Positions 1 through 11,609 of a stretch of 64,000 bases of DNA are shown here, one piece after another. A program made the translations under genes and the position numbers. Under the pieces are notes generated by a model that did not search any database, had not been told where the DNA came from, and saw only the letters and a list, made by a program, of their open reading frames with translations. Every line of letters begins with the position of its first letter. Positions within the stretch are counted from its first letter, which is position 1. Origin of the DNA: Monocercomonoides exilis PA203 (Eukaryota > Protista > Preaxostyla); the NCBI GenBank assembly GCA_001643675.2, contig LSRY02000016.1, positions 1,178,001-1,242,000 on the forward strand, in the 5' to 3' direction.

Positions 1-396
1 AGAAAGAGAAGAAGACAAAGAGGAAGAGGAAGAGGGGGAAGCAGGAAAGGAAGCAGATGAGGATGAGGATGAAACTGTTGAAGGATGAATATTTAAAGGA
101 GTTGATGGGAAAGAAGATGGAAATGATGGGGAGGAAGAAGATTTAAATGAAGATGGAGAAGCCATATTCGAAGAATGGAAAGAGGATAAATTTGAAGGAG
201 AAGGGAAGGATGAGGAAGAAAATGAAGTCGATGGGAATGAGGAGGAGGAAGGAGATGAGAATGATGGGAAAAATGAAGAAGATGATGGAATTGATTTTCC
301 TGATGGAGGAAAAGCAGAAAACATAAAAGGAGATGGAAAGGAGAGAGGGTTGATTGAGGAAGATGAGGATGATGATAATGTTGAAATTGATGATGA

Positions 397-1134
397 TTAT
401 GAAGATGATTTTGGAGTGTCATTGAGTGAAATGCAATCTTCTGAATCATCCATTTCCATTTCAATTGTTTCAATAATTTCATTTTCTGCTCCAAGATATC
501 CAAAATATGATTTTGAAGAATCACGTTGAGAAGAACGTTGTTTCCTTTTCATTAACGGTATTCTGTCTGTTGAAATTTCTTTCTTAAGATCGAAAAAGGA
601 TGCTCGAAAAGGCGCTGGTTTAATGTTTAATCCAAATTCTTGGCTTAGTGTCTGCTGAGAAAATTCTTTCGTAAGAATCAACAGCATTTCACTTTGTAAT
701 TCATAGGAGAGGCAATTGAAAATATTGCTCAACTCTTTGATAGTTCGTTTCAATGGATTTTCATATTTCAAAATAAAAATAGAAATAATAATAAGTATTT
801 GTAAATAAAAAAAGAATATATTGAAAAAACATTGTGTAAAGAAAAATAACTTAAATAAAACACAGTTTAAAAAAAGCACGCCATTTGATGTATTCAATAA
901 ACTTTCGAAAAGTTGCATTCCTACTTGTGTTTGTTGGAAAAACATAAATGAAACCATTTCTGCATGAGCGGGTGACATCTTTTGAAAAAAATTTGTGAGT
1001 TGGGCCATATCCTTCTGCAGGCTTCTAAATTCCAATCCATTATGAACCCTTTTAGCTGACAACATTGTCGATAAACCGATCCAGTCAATGAAATTGCAAA
1101 ATATGGGAATTTTTTGACGAGAAATGGAACTCAT
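397..1134 (-). pseudogene. Degenerate multi-exon gene fragment resembling the N-terminal exons of the Sola-like transposase at 14.3-15.0 kb; continues into Ser/Pro-rich low complexity off the left edge
   Basis: ESLLNTSNG-[AT-rich intron-like]-IKELSNIFNCLSYELQSEMLLILTKEFSQQTL parallels DSLYKKSNG-[intron]-MNSLSSIFPKLQNKMQVELLKNLSTYCSYSQL. Confidence 0.45.
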
Positions 1135-1447
1135 AAAACAATAAAAAAAATTATGAAAAACAAATTCAACTGAATATGTTGAATTTCTGATCAATTAACA
1201 ATTGAACATAAAAAATAAACAGTGTTTTTCTCATTTTGAATATATATTTAATAAGATTCGATTAAAAAATTTAAAAAAATATTTGAAGTTAATTAAAAAT
1301 TTCTAAAATTTTTTTTCATTGCGGAAAAAATAATAATCAACTTTAATTGTCTTCTCATTATTTGAAAATTCAAAAATAAATTTAAAATACTTCAAAAAAA
1401 TAAATATTTATTTATTCTAACAAAATTATATCAATATTAATTTATAT

Positions 1448-1699
1448 GGGTGATTATTTTTTAAATCAAATTTTTTCAAACATAATTTTTGGTTATGAAA
1501 ATGATTTTGAATTTTATCAAATGAACATTGAAAAGTGAAAAGGCTTTTTAAATTCCTTTAAATCTTTGATTCCGAATAACCATTTTTTTTAATAATTTTT
1601 CATGCTTTTTAACTTTTGAATAAAAATTTTATTTTATGAAACTGACAAATTTTGAAAACGGACACCCCGAAAAAATTTTGATTGCAAAAATAATTACCC
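1448..1699. mobile_element. MITE family 1 (GGGTGATTATTTT...AAAATAATTACCC), 4-bp TSD ATAT
   Basis: Terminal inverted repeat; ATAT at 1444-1447 and 1700-1703; homologous along its length to 36809-37064. Confidence 0.85.
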
Positions 1700-1703
1700 A
1701 TAT

Positions 1704-1940
1704 TTTAGAAAAGAACCTTTTGTGTAATTATCAAATCAATTGAACATTTCATTTTTCAATCAAATTTCTGTTTCCACTCACTAAATTTTGCTGTTGTTAA
1801 AATTAAATTTTGACAATGCTATTGTTTCCAATTTTGTGAATATTCATGATTGGGAACAGAAATATGATGGGAATATGATATTTTTATTCCATTAGAAAAT
1901 TTTTTTACATAAGAAACTTTTCAAAAAAAATTTGACATCT
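1704..1940. repeat. Dispersed AT-rich repeat; related copies at ~26305-26540 (same strand) and ~36270-36445 (inverted)
   Basis: Shared blocks such as CCTTTTGTGTAATT, ATTTCATTTTTCAATCAAATTT, CCACTCAC, AATTTTGACAATG and GAACAGAAAT. Confidence 0.7.
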
Positions 1941-2121
1941 AGATATTTTACTATGATGAATAAGCAGTGTATTCCAAAAAAACTTCGATAACATGGAATT
2001 AATAATTAGGGTGATTTATAAACCCGAATATTTTATTAAACTCGAACAAAAAATAAATGAATTTGTTATTGTGTATTGTGTATTGATTTCGTTTTTGAAA
2101 AAATTTTAATAATAAATATAA

Positions 2122-3670
2122 TCAACAAGCTTTCGTTTCACAATTTTTCGAGTATTTCTTCCTTTTTTTTTCATCATCAGAAAAATCAACATTTAAAATT
2201 TTCAATAAGTTGAATTTTCTTTTTTTCTGTTTTTCATCTTCAAACAAAGCCTTTTCAATTTCTTCATTATCTTTTTCTTCATTTTTTGACTCTTTTCTTT
2301 CATCCTTTTCCTTTTTCCATTCTATTAAAAATTCTTCATCGGTAATTAATTTTCCAAAATAATCAAACCTTTTTGTTCTTTTCTTCAGAGTTACAGAAGG
2401 TTCTTTTGGCAGCTTCGCTAACATTTTGTGCCACTGATGCGACAGCGCTCCGCTCTTCGCAAATGATGATTTGATTGTTGAAGGCTACAAAGAAGTTTGT
2501 AAAGCTTGTGGAAGCACAACAGCTAGCGCTTCTCGTCGCAAAACAACAGAAGAAGAAGAAGGTGCTTCATAATTAGCATTTATTGTCTTTTTAAACACAG
2601 CAAACACTCCACGATCCAAAGGCTGTGCGATGTGAGTAATGTGTGGCACGAAGGTGACGACATCTATTGAAGAATCTGCAAACTTCTTCCATAAGTCGGG
2701 CTGCACTCTCGATGAATGCGAATCAAAAAGGAGAAGTCAACGTTCATCACTCTTCTTCATAGTTTCTCTTCTTTGTGTGATCCCTGGAGGCAACACTTCT
2801 TCAGCATAATTGAGGAACAACGCTTCAATCATCCATTCTGCATATTCTCCCTTCCCATCAAGTCATAAGTTCAGAACGAGGCGCAGTTCATCAGGGAATT
2901 TGTGACAAGGCCACAGAACGACGCTTTTTAGGGAGTAGCCGTCAGCTGCAGCTGCAACGACGAGAGTTGCATTCGGCATATTCATCGGTGTTTTGGAGAA
3001 ACCAGCTGGCATGTCTGAAGGATGGAAAACAAGAGCCGAGAAAGAATCAGAGAGTTAAAGAGAGGATTCATCAATATAAAAGATGAGAGAGTTAGTATAA
3101 TGATGCTTATCATGAAGGTTTTGTAGAAGAGTGAAAAATGGAAGAAGAGTTTGTTGATTTGATGCAGAGAGCCTTTGGATGTCGACGTTTCGAGGATGTG
3201 AAGCCTTAAGCTCGGGGTTCCTTTTGGTGTATTGATAGGGATATGCTTTTGAAATGTTCACTTCTTTATCTTCTTTATCGAAGTGGTCTTTTTTCCTATC
3301 ATTGATAACAGTGTTCATCTGAATATATAAAAAAAGATGAACACAACATATTATAAAAATTGTTACAAACTTATTTCCTCATTTGCGTAGCATTGAAACT
3401 TGTCCCACTTTCACATTCGATTTCAAGCACTCCAAATATAGTTTCATTTTCTTCCTGATTGAATAATTCTGGTCTTCCATTCTTTCCCACCTTTCTTCAT
3501 TTTTCCACAGCAATAACAGCCCTATCAATTGTCGAGCGAGTTAAATCCTTCATGTTTGCAGCATCAGTAACCCGAGCTTCTCCATTTGCAATAATTGCAG
3601 CAATTCGTTCTCATCTTCTTTCAATATGCCGATATTGAAAGGATCTCATTAAACTTCTTATTTTCATTAA
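2122..3670 (-). mobile_element. pogo-like (DDE_1, Tc1/mariner superfamily) transposase pseudogene
   Basis: IFYIDESS (D1), FDSHSSR (D2) and HIAQPLDRGVF (D3) motifs; N-terminal GKNGRP; stops and frameshifts; intron 3319-3370. Confidence 0.85.
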
Positions 3671-4059
3671 TCCTTGTTGTTTTTTATTTTCGACAACACT
3701 CATTTCAAAAAAATTCTGGTAATGATCTTTTTTTTTATTTTTGAAATGATAAAAATAAATAATTGAAAAAAAATTTCAATCAAATTCTTTCTAAGTCAGC
3801 CCCGTTAGTATTCCCTAATCTTCTCAGGGGAGGCACCAATCAGAGATGGAGGAGCTAACCCACCCATCTTCCCCCTCCCATCAGAGATTAGGTGTAGTAA
3901 TTTAATCTGAAATTCTAATTGCTGACTTTTCCTCATGCATATAAAAAACAATTAATAAAATATGAAAAGTTGGTTGATTATACTTATTTTTAAAAAGAAT
4001 TTTTTGGTAAAAAAATTATTCGAATTAGTAAATCACACTAATTGTTTTTGGAAAATGAT

Positions 4060-5400
4060 CACAAAAATCATCAGAAGAGTTATTAACAGCTTCTAATACA
4101 GATCCCATTGATGTTAATTTGTGTTCAACTTCATGAAATGCCCATTGAGGAGGATTATCAGGATGCTTTGATATAATCTTATCTGAGTTGAACAATTATA
4201 GCCCTGTGCTTTTCCAAGAAGATTTTATTGTTTCTGGATACGAAGCGGCTGCAAGTCCATTTCTTAGGATTTCAATAAAAATTTCTCTTTTTGAAGATGC
4301 TGAGGTTGTTGTTCCGCATTCTTTGGCTTTTCCAAACAACCTTTTCATACTTGCGAAGATGTATTGATCATTAGGCTGCAAAATGAGTGAAGTGTGTGAT
4401 GGAAGTTTCACAAGATCAATAATATTATCCTTTTATAATTGAAGAATTTCCGGCTGAAAATGTCCCACTCCACCGTATGTAATGAGGACCGCATGCTTTT
4501 TTTCTTTTCGACTGCAATTCTTTTATTTCTGATTTCTGTAATTGCTCACTTCTTGTCCAAGTCCAAAAAAAAATTCTGATGTCAGATGACCAGATAAAGA
4601 AGGAATTAATACTTCGTGTGAAGTTGTTCCGAGCTTGAATTCTTCTGGAAGCGTTGAAAATGGAATTAATATGTGTGTCAAATATCTACACCAGTCTGCA
4701 CTTTTCACAAAGATAATTGAAGTGGAAGTTGGTTAGTGAACTTCAGGAACAACTGCTGAAGGTGTAGAGGATGAAGAAGCAACAAGTTCTGGTTGTTGTT
4801 TGGATAATAATGTGGAAGTTTCATCTTTGTAAAATAATAGCTGGGGAATTGAATAGGTGCTTTTTAACAATTTCTTCACTTCGTCAAAGAAGGAGATGAT
4901 TGTGTATCTCGAAGTGTGGGCTGCTCTCCTTGAAGGCAAAAAAATTGGTTTTGCAAGACTTGTTTCAATGTGCCTTTTCAAAAATCGTTTCACGCAATGT
5001 TTGTCTACAGTTTTTGCTTCATCTCCTTCTTTTCCCTTTGTTTTTCACAAATCATTTGTCTGAATAATAAAAAAAATAAGACAAATAATAATAAGTTAAA
5101 TACAAACCATTTGTGTTAATTCCATTATTGAATGAAATGTGCAATGCCCTGAATTGCGAGTAATCACTGTGGTTAAATACTGTTCGTCCAAATTGTCAAA
5201 GAGAGTTGGTCTTCCACATTTTCCAAGTGTATTGTTTTTTTATCTGCAACAAGATCTCTTTTCATTGAAAAAAGAGAATGAAACAAACTTCAATCTATTT
5301 CTCTTGTCAAAATGTTCAAAATGTTGGAAAATAAGTTGTTTTTGCATGTGCATCTTCCAACTCAAGAATTTCAGCGATTGGGCAAAGCCTTGATGCAGTA
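4060..5400 (-). mobile_element. pogo-like transposase pseudogene (second family)
   Basis: FYKDETS, LPSHTSLILQPNDQYIF, IKSSWKSTGL, GKCGRPTL; intron 5060-5107; frameshifts. Confidence 0.85.
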
Positions 5401-5832
5401 TTTATTGTTTTTTTTCAATAGAGATCACAAAAATCAATCTCTGGGCGAGGCTCGGGTTTCCTCCCTGGCACATGTTTTCTCCCTGACTATTGAGGAGCAA
5501 ATTTTGGGTGTTTATATAATAATTTTTTCCAATTTCTTTAAATTTTTTAAAAATTGTTTTTATGATGAAATAGAATTCGTTGTTTTCTTTTTGTTTTAAC
5601 TGCTTGCAAAGATGCTTGTTATATTTGATGTGTCTGGAACTATCAAATTAGATAACAAACGAAAACTTTTAAATAAAGTTTCTTTCATAATGAATTCGCA
5701 ATTGAGCGAATCAACAAACACAAGGAGCAGGTTTGCTCCTCGATAATGAGTTTGATCTTAAATTATGGGTGGTTAAAGATCAAATTTCGCTAACGAATTG
5801 ACTTCTTGTTTCCACCTTTGTCCGTTGTTGAA

Positions 5833-6600
5833 ATGACGCAAAATCCTGTTAGTATGGCAGATAGCGACAGCGAGGAGAAGACCGTTGATCTTGTTCAAAG
5901 GCTCAAGAGAGTTGAAAACTGGATCGATGAAATGTCGAGGAGCAGAGGAGGACTAAGTCACTCCGGAGCAGAAGGAATATTACCAATGAGAAAGACGAAG
6001 AGGAACCAGCCAAGAAGAAGATCTCTGTCGAGATCAAGTGAATCTAAGTCCGAAACTAATTTTTCAGAGATGATCACAAAGAAGAAACACAGACATTCGT
6101 TGAGGATCCGTCGCAGACGTAACCAAATGAAGAGATAGGACGAAGAAGAAGACAGCGAGAGCGATTCTTGAAGAACAGAAAAGCGGGAAGAACTAGAAAG
6201 ATCACTTCACTTTTTGAGAAATTTCCCGGATAAATGGTTGATACACCAGAGACAGGCTGGTGAGCTGAACAAGTTTATGGAATTCTGAAAAGCCGGATCA
6301 ATCAGAATTAATGAGGACATTCTTAACACATTCATCCCAGAGAACGAAAAGAACTTTTTCACCAGACACACTGATGCGAGTTGGAACGCCTTAGCGGTGA
6401 TGGGGGTCACCGCTGAAGGAAGAAAGGACTCACCAGAAGCTGCCCGGGTTATTGAATTGCTCCAACTGGTTCAGGAATCGGGATTTGAAGCAGCGAAAGC
6501 GATCGCAGCCCTAACAGTAAAGGAGCTGAAGAGAACTCACAAGTCAGAGGAGGAGAAAGAGCGGCTTTGAGGACTCTTCTGTGCTAAAACCCTTGTTACT
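5833..6600 (+). pseudogene. DIRS gag-like ORF1 (disrupted)
   Basis: Position between left ITR and RT; coiled-coil then Ser/Arg-rich sequence; several stops. Confidence 0.6.
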
Positions 6601-6659
6601 GACTGTATAAGTCGCATTTATCTATTGAAAGTCATACCACAGTCAAACTGGGAGAACGT

Positions 6660-8416
6660 GAAAGGGTTTCTTGAAGGAGGAATTGAAGGATGGAGCGGTG
6701 AAGCCCGTGTCAGAATCGGAGGTGTAGTGGTTCAACCCAACATTCATGGTGCGAAAGAATAACGGAAAGTGGAGAAAGATCCTGGATTGCAGGGCGCAAA
6801 ACGAGGAAGTGCAGGGAAAACACTTCAAGATGGATACCCAGGAGACAGTGGTAGAACTCCTGGAGGAGAACGATTGGATGACCACTCTGGACATAACGAG
6901 TGCATTCCAGCATGTCAAAGTGGACGAGCAGCTCAGTCCCTATCTGTGTTTCAGCTTTCAAAGTCAATGTTCCGCTTACGTAGGGATACCATTTGGGGCT
7001 AAGGATGCGCCCAGAGTTTTCACGAAGATAATGAGACGGGCAGCGTCATATATCAGAGAACAGTGGAAGGTAAAGCTTGTAATATATCTGGACGACATCC
7101 TCCTCATGCACCCAGACAGGGATGCATTGAGATTGATCTCACAGGAGATAGCCCAGTTCCTGAGGAATCTGGGCTGGATTCTGTCGGAAGAGTAACTGAA
7201 GTTGGAACGCACAAGGAGCGTGGAGTTTCTGCGATGGTGGTGGAACTCAGAGAAGATGGAAGTGACACTCCAGGAGAGGAAGAGAGTGCTGCTTCTAAAG
7301 GATATGCAAATTTGGATAGCACTGGCAAAGAAGAGAAGGAGACAGAAGACGAGAGACCTGGCAGCACTCCTCGGAAGGTTGAATTTTGTGAGGTTACAAC
7401 ACCCGCCAGCGAGCTTGTGGATGAAACGCATGCAATCCGTGCTGAGGCAGGCGATAGCCCGCGGGGGCTGGAAGGGAACGGTAAAAGTCAACCCAATGAT
7501 GTTAGGAGAATTAACACATTGGAGGAAAACCCTGCGAGAGAACAGACCAAGGAGTCTGAGGAGAAGGAACAGACCAGCAGAGCTAACAACGGACGCTTCG
7601 GAGCTGGGATGGGGTGCAGTATTAACAATACCGACAGAGAACAAAGAGGAAAAGATATATGTTTTCTGGAGTTGGACCCTCCAGGAGAATGCGTTAGCGA
7701 TCAACGTGAAGGAGTCCAGAGCAGTGTTGAGGACTTTAGAAAAGAAAGGAGCATGGCTGCAACAACAGAAGATAAACCATATTCGTCTGAAGACAGACAA
7801 TATGTCCACGAGATGGACAATACAGAAGAAGAGGGGAGCGCCATCGCTCATTCCAACACTGAGAGCATTGGAGAAGAAACTGAATAGCCTGGACATTACG
7901 ATACAAACGGAACACCTCCCGGGAGAGCAGAACACGGAAGCAGATGCACTCAGCCGGATAGCGAAAAAGCCGGACTATGCACTGAGAGAGGAAAAAGTCG
8001 CAGAGATATTACAAACAATCGCACCGAAAATACTAGATACAATCTTAGAACAGATTGCACAGGTTCCCTGCGGAAGAACTTGGAGACTATCCTATCTGAG
8101 AAAGAAGAGAGGGAGAGAAATGTAAGAAAACGAAGCAGTGTTTGTCCACACGTTCCTGAGAAATATTGGACGGGTGCTGAAGGAGAAGATGAACGAAGCT
8201 CAGAGGGAACTAACGATTCTGATTCTGCCAGCCTGGCGGGGGCAGACCTGGACCCCGCTGCTGCAGCCAGTGCATTTGACAAAGACCCTCAGGACCTTTC
8301 AGGAGTGCATGATCCTAGGAGCGAAGATGAGAAGGGAAGGCTGGAAATTACCCCCAGGAGAGGTGATAAGCATCACACTGGAGAGGAAAATTCCCCTGGA
8401 ATGGATCTCTTTTTAA
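6660..8416 (+). pseudogene. DIRS pol: reverse transcriptase + RNase H + methyltransferase-like domain
   Basis: RT WRKILDCR, LDITSAFQH, PFGAKDAPRVF, YLDD; in-frame TAA 7193-7195; RH TTDAS...NVKE...TDN...HLPGEQNTEADALSR; MT-like LILPAWRGQTW. Confidence 0.93.
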
Positions 8417-8581
8417 CATATGGAGATCACATTGGAGCAAAATACATAGCAGCAGCAATACATAGAAATCAAAAGAGTGAGAGAGATACGTGAAGAGCGC
8501 TGCACAAATTTTTTAACAATTTTTGGACAGAGAAAGAATAGATGAAACAGACACCTTATAGAGAAAGATGCAAAATGGATT

Positions 8582-9790
8582 ATGGCAGAGTTCACCGAAA
8601 CACTCTCGAATACAAACCTCTCAAATGGAGTGATTCATCAGAAAGTACGGAAAATACTGGATTCCATCAACCTATTTAGAGAAACAAAGATTGATCGAGA
8701 GGACATAGAAATTTTTCTAAAAACTTATGTGGGAGATAAGCCGAGAAAGGGCAAACGGTTCAAGACGATGTGGGATCTCACAATAATCATTCAATGGGCA
8801 GAAGCCACCCATGAGATGACGGACCCACAGATCCTCCAGAGGAGAGCCCTCATCCTTACCATGATCTTTGGTGCTTTAAGCCCAGCAGAGCTGGAAAGAA
8901 TGAGAAGTGTGACAACGATATTTAAAGATAACTCTGTCCAGACACAAGTGCGAACAAAGACGTCGGGAGGTGAGATTATCAAAGTTATAAAACGGAAACA
9001 TCCCAACCCACGTATCGATGCAATATGGGCGCTTCAATGTTGGATGGACTATGTGAAGACGACCTTTAAGTGCGAACATGTGTGGTTCGATATAGAGGGG
9101 AGTAGACCCGCTAACCTACAGAAGATCAAAGAAGAACTAACAGCTATTTTGAGAGAGAACGAAATTCCCGAAACTTTCATCGCGTACTCTATAAGACACG
9201 CAGTGATTACACACTTTGCAAGACAAGAAGGAGTGGACTGGAAGGCTATCAATGCTTATGCGAGATGGGCGAAGGGTTCGAGAGTGGCCAAGGAGTATTA
9301 CACCGTGCTGCCAGTTCAAGACACGAGATGGATCCTGGAGACAATCGGTGGATCAGTACTCCAGAGGGGAGAAGATTACAAGCCAGATAAGAGTGGAGAT
9401 TCGAAGGAGGGGACGCTAGAGATAGCAGATGCAGATATGAAGGATCGCACAGAGGAATTACACAAAGCGGGATCTGAGATAGGGAAGAAGCTTACGAGAA
9501 AGCGATCAAGAGGAAGAAAGAAATTGCAGAGTGGAGATGAAAACAGAGGTGAAATGGCTCAGTCACAAAGCTCAACACCCCGACAACCGAGTCGCCAGAA
9601 GACACCCTCCATTATTCCCAATAATATCTGTGAGCTGATGGGAGAGAAGGATTCAACTCCGCTGAAGAAGAGAGCAAAGGATCGGAGGAAGCGCAGTGGA
9701 AGAAGAATAGGACAGATAGGGGATAACACTGAGGAGGCAAGGGTCAGATCGATGTCTCCCCAAAGATACCCCAAGAGGGAGCGGGGGTAG
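8582..9790 (+). pseudogene. DIRS tyrosine recombinase (N-terminus disrupted, box I Arg apparently replaced by Ser)
   Basis: FGALSPAEL, RTKT, YSIRHA, ARW...KEYY; basic C-terminal tail. Confidence 0.88.
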
Positions 9791-9900
9791 AGCAGGAGGT
9801 CAGCACCACTACACGCACGCTCTCAACTCATCCGCAGCACTAGAGCGTACTAGAAAAGGGGTTTTAGATCACACATACGGAAAGAAAAGGGATTTCGAGA

Positions 9901-9997
9901 CTCATTATTGAGGAGAAAACCTGCTCCTTGCGTTTGATGATTCGCTCCGTTGCGAATTAATAAAAACACAGTGAGGCAGGTTTGCTCCGAGATAATG
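9901..9997 (+). repeat. DIRS internal complementary region (ICR)
   Basis: 9901-9958 is the reverse complement of 5693-5750 and 9965-9997 is the reverse complement of ~10619-10651, each with a few mismatches. Confidence 0.92.
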
Positions 9998-11196
9998 GAA
10001 ACGCGGATGGATAGACTCAAAGCGGCTGTGTGCGAAGGAAAGCGACATGCTTGTGAGAAGATGACGAGAAAAAAGGTGCGAGATGTGGAAGGAGAAAGAG
10101 AAGGATCAACCGACTGAACAGATCAGTGTGTTCATATAACCTGAATAGAGAAACATGGAATAAATTGAAAGTTTTATGAATAATCCTACTCCTTGTTTTG
10201 TTTTTTGAACTATTTGCGAAGAGAAGAGGCAGATAAGCCCACACAGCGTGTGGTGAATGAATTTGTGCAACTGGACCAGCAGAAGTGCGGGAGGCAGAGT
10301 CCTGCATAGGCAGTTTTCTTTTCCACGCCTCGCGAAAGCGAGAGTGGTTTTTCTTTCTGCTCCAACAAGAATACTCGCATCACCGGATCCCTGCACAGCC
10401 TGCAGGAGACAGCTCCGAGGGGCAATGTCTCCTGCCCATTGGTCTTCAAGACCAAGGCGAAAAGGCGAAGTCTGTGGGGAATAAAAGTGTACAATTCATA
10501 ATGTTCTTTTTATTATTTAACATGTCATTGTCCATATTTCCATCTCACCTTTTTTTCCACGTCGAATTTGGGAAGGTGGAGTTTTCACTTAAACCTCCCA
10601 TAAATCGTGATCAATACTCATTATCTCCGAGCAAACCTGTCTCACTGCGTTCTATCAAAATTTTTTTTCCAGAAATGGTTTGCTAATTGAAAAATCATTT
10701 CTTTTCCAACAAAAGAAGAGTTATATTATTTGATATCAACGAACAAACAGTTTGGATGAATGTTGCAAAAGAAATAATTTTGAATATTTCATGATCTGTT
10801 ATACATATGGGACAAAATACGGAAAATCATAATTTTTATGCCCTTGTTTGTTTATCTTCAAAGAAATAAATTTCATTGTGGGAAATAGTTTTTGTTTTTT
10901 TTGAAAATAAAAATTCTTCATCATAAATGTTTGAATGATAATAACGTTTGATTTTTTAATTCTTCCATATTAAAAACAAATAATTCTCAAAACAAACTTC
11001 AACATTCCAATAAATATAAATTAGAAAAAAATAATAGTACTTTGATGTTCTCAAAATGTGAAAATAATCAAAAAAAAAACTCAAAAAAATTTGAAACATT
11101 TCCACAAATGTTACTAATTCATTCAATTTCAAAATAAATATAACTGCTTTTAGAAAAAAGGATGAAAAAATAAAAAACAGATTTATCATAACTTCA

Positions 11197-11414
11197 TCCT
11201 GGGAGTCATAATTCCGGGAACCCCAACCCCAAATATTCATTTAACACAAAGCGAAACCGACTAGACTTTTGCAAGCTAAGCAAAAAAATAACAATAAAGT
11301 TTGAAAAACAGTATTATCATTTTTTCCTGGGAGTCTGCGTTTCGGGAACCCCAACCCCTTTATGTTTTATGAATATTTTTTTTCGGAACCGACTAGACTG
11401 CAATGAGCTGAGCA
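11197..11414. repeat. Two imperfect tandem copies (period 128 bp) downstream of the Sola-like gene
   Basis: TCCTGGGAGTC..CGGGAACCCCAACCCC..AACCGACTAGACT..AGCTRAGCAA starting at 11197 and 11325. Confidence 0.9.
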
Positions 11415-11609
11415 ATAAAGTCAAGAAGACTCAAAAAAAAAATTAGAATACAATAACAACATAAATCAAAAAATGCACAAGAACTTCAAATCATTGCAGT
11501 TGAAAAAATAGTTTTGAAATTAATGAATAAATTAACAATTGTGGAAACAGTTCAAAAACAATAAACACAATATTTCAACTTATTTGAACAACAAAATACT
11601 CATAAGAGA

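Larger units (their letters stand above)
5690..10655 (+). mobile_element. DIRS1-like tyrosine-recombinase retrotransposon (family A), near full length, decayed
   Basis: gag-RT-RH-MT-YR order; ICR 9901-9997 complementary to both termini; inverted terminal similarity 5729-5778 vs 10587-10640. Confidence 0.93.

Noticed and set aside
6976-7935. Long antisense (319 aa) and alternative-frame (274 aa) ORFs over the DIRS RT/RH
   Set aside because: Overlapping frames are a known DIRS trait (7063-7887 is in frame with the YR N-terminal ORF at 8080), and the purine-rich strand bias lowers stop frequency; no domain recognisable
10381-10480. Hammerhead or HDV ribozyme call (GGCGAAA / GGCGAAG motifs)
   Set aside because: No CTGANGA core and no P1/P3/L3 nested pseudoknot found; kept only as an unclassified structured RNA candidate
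11197-11414. CRISPR-like repeat/spacer appearance
   Set aside because: Only two long units, eukaryotic context, no cas genes
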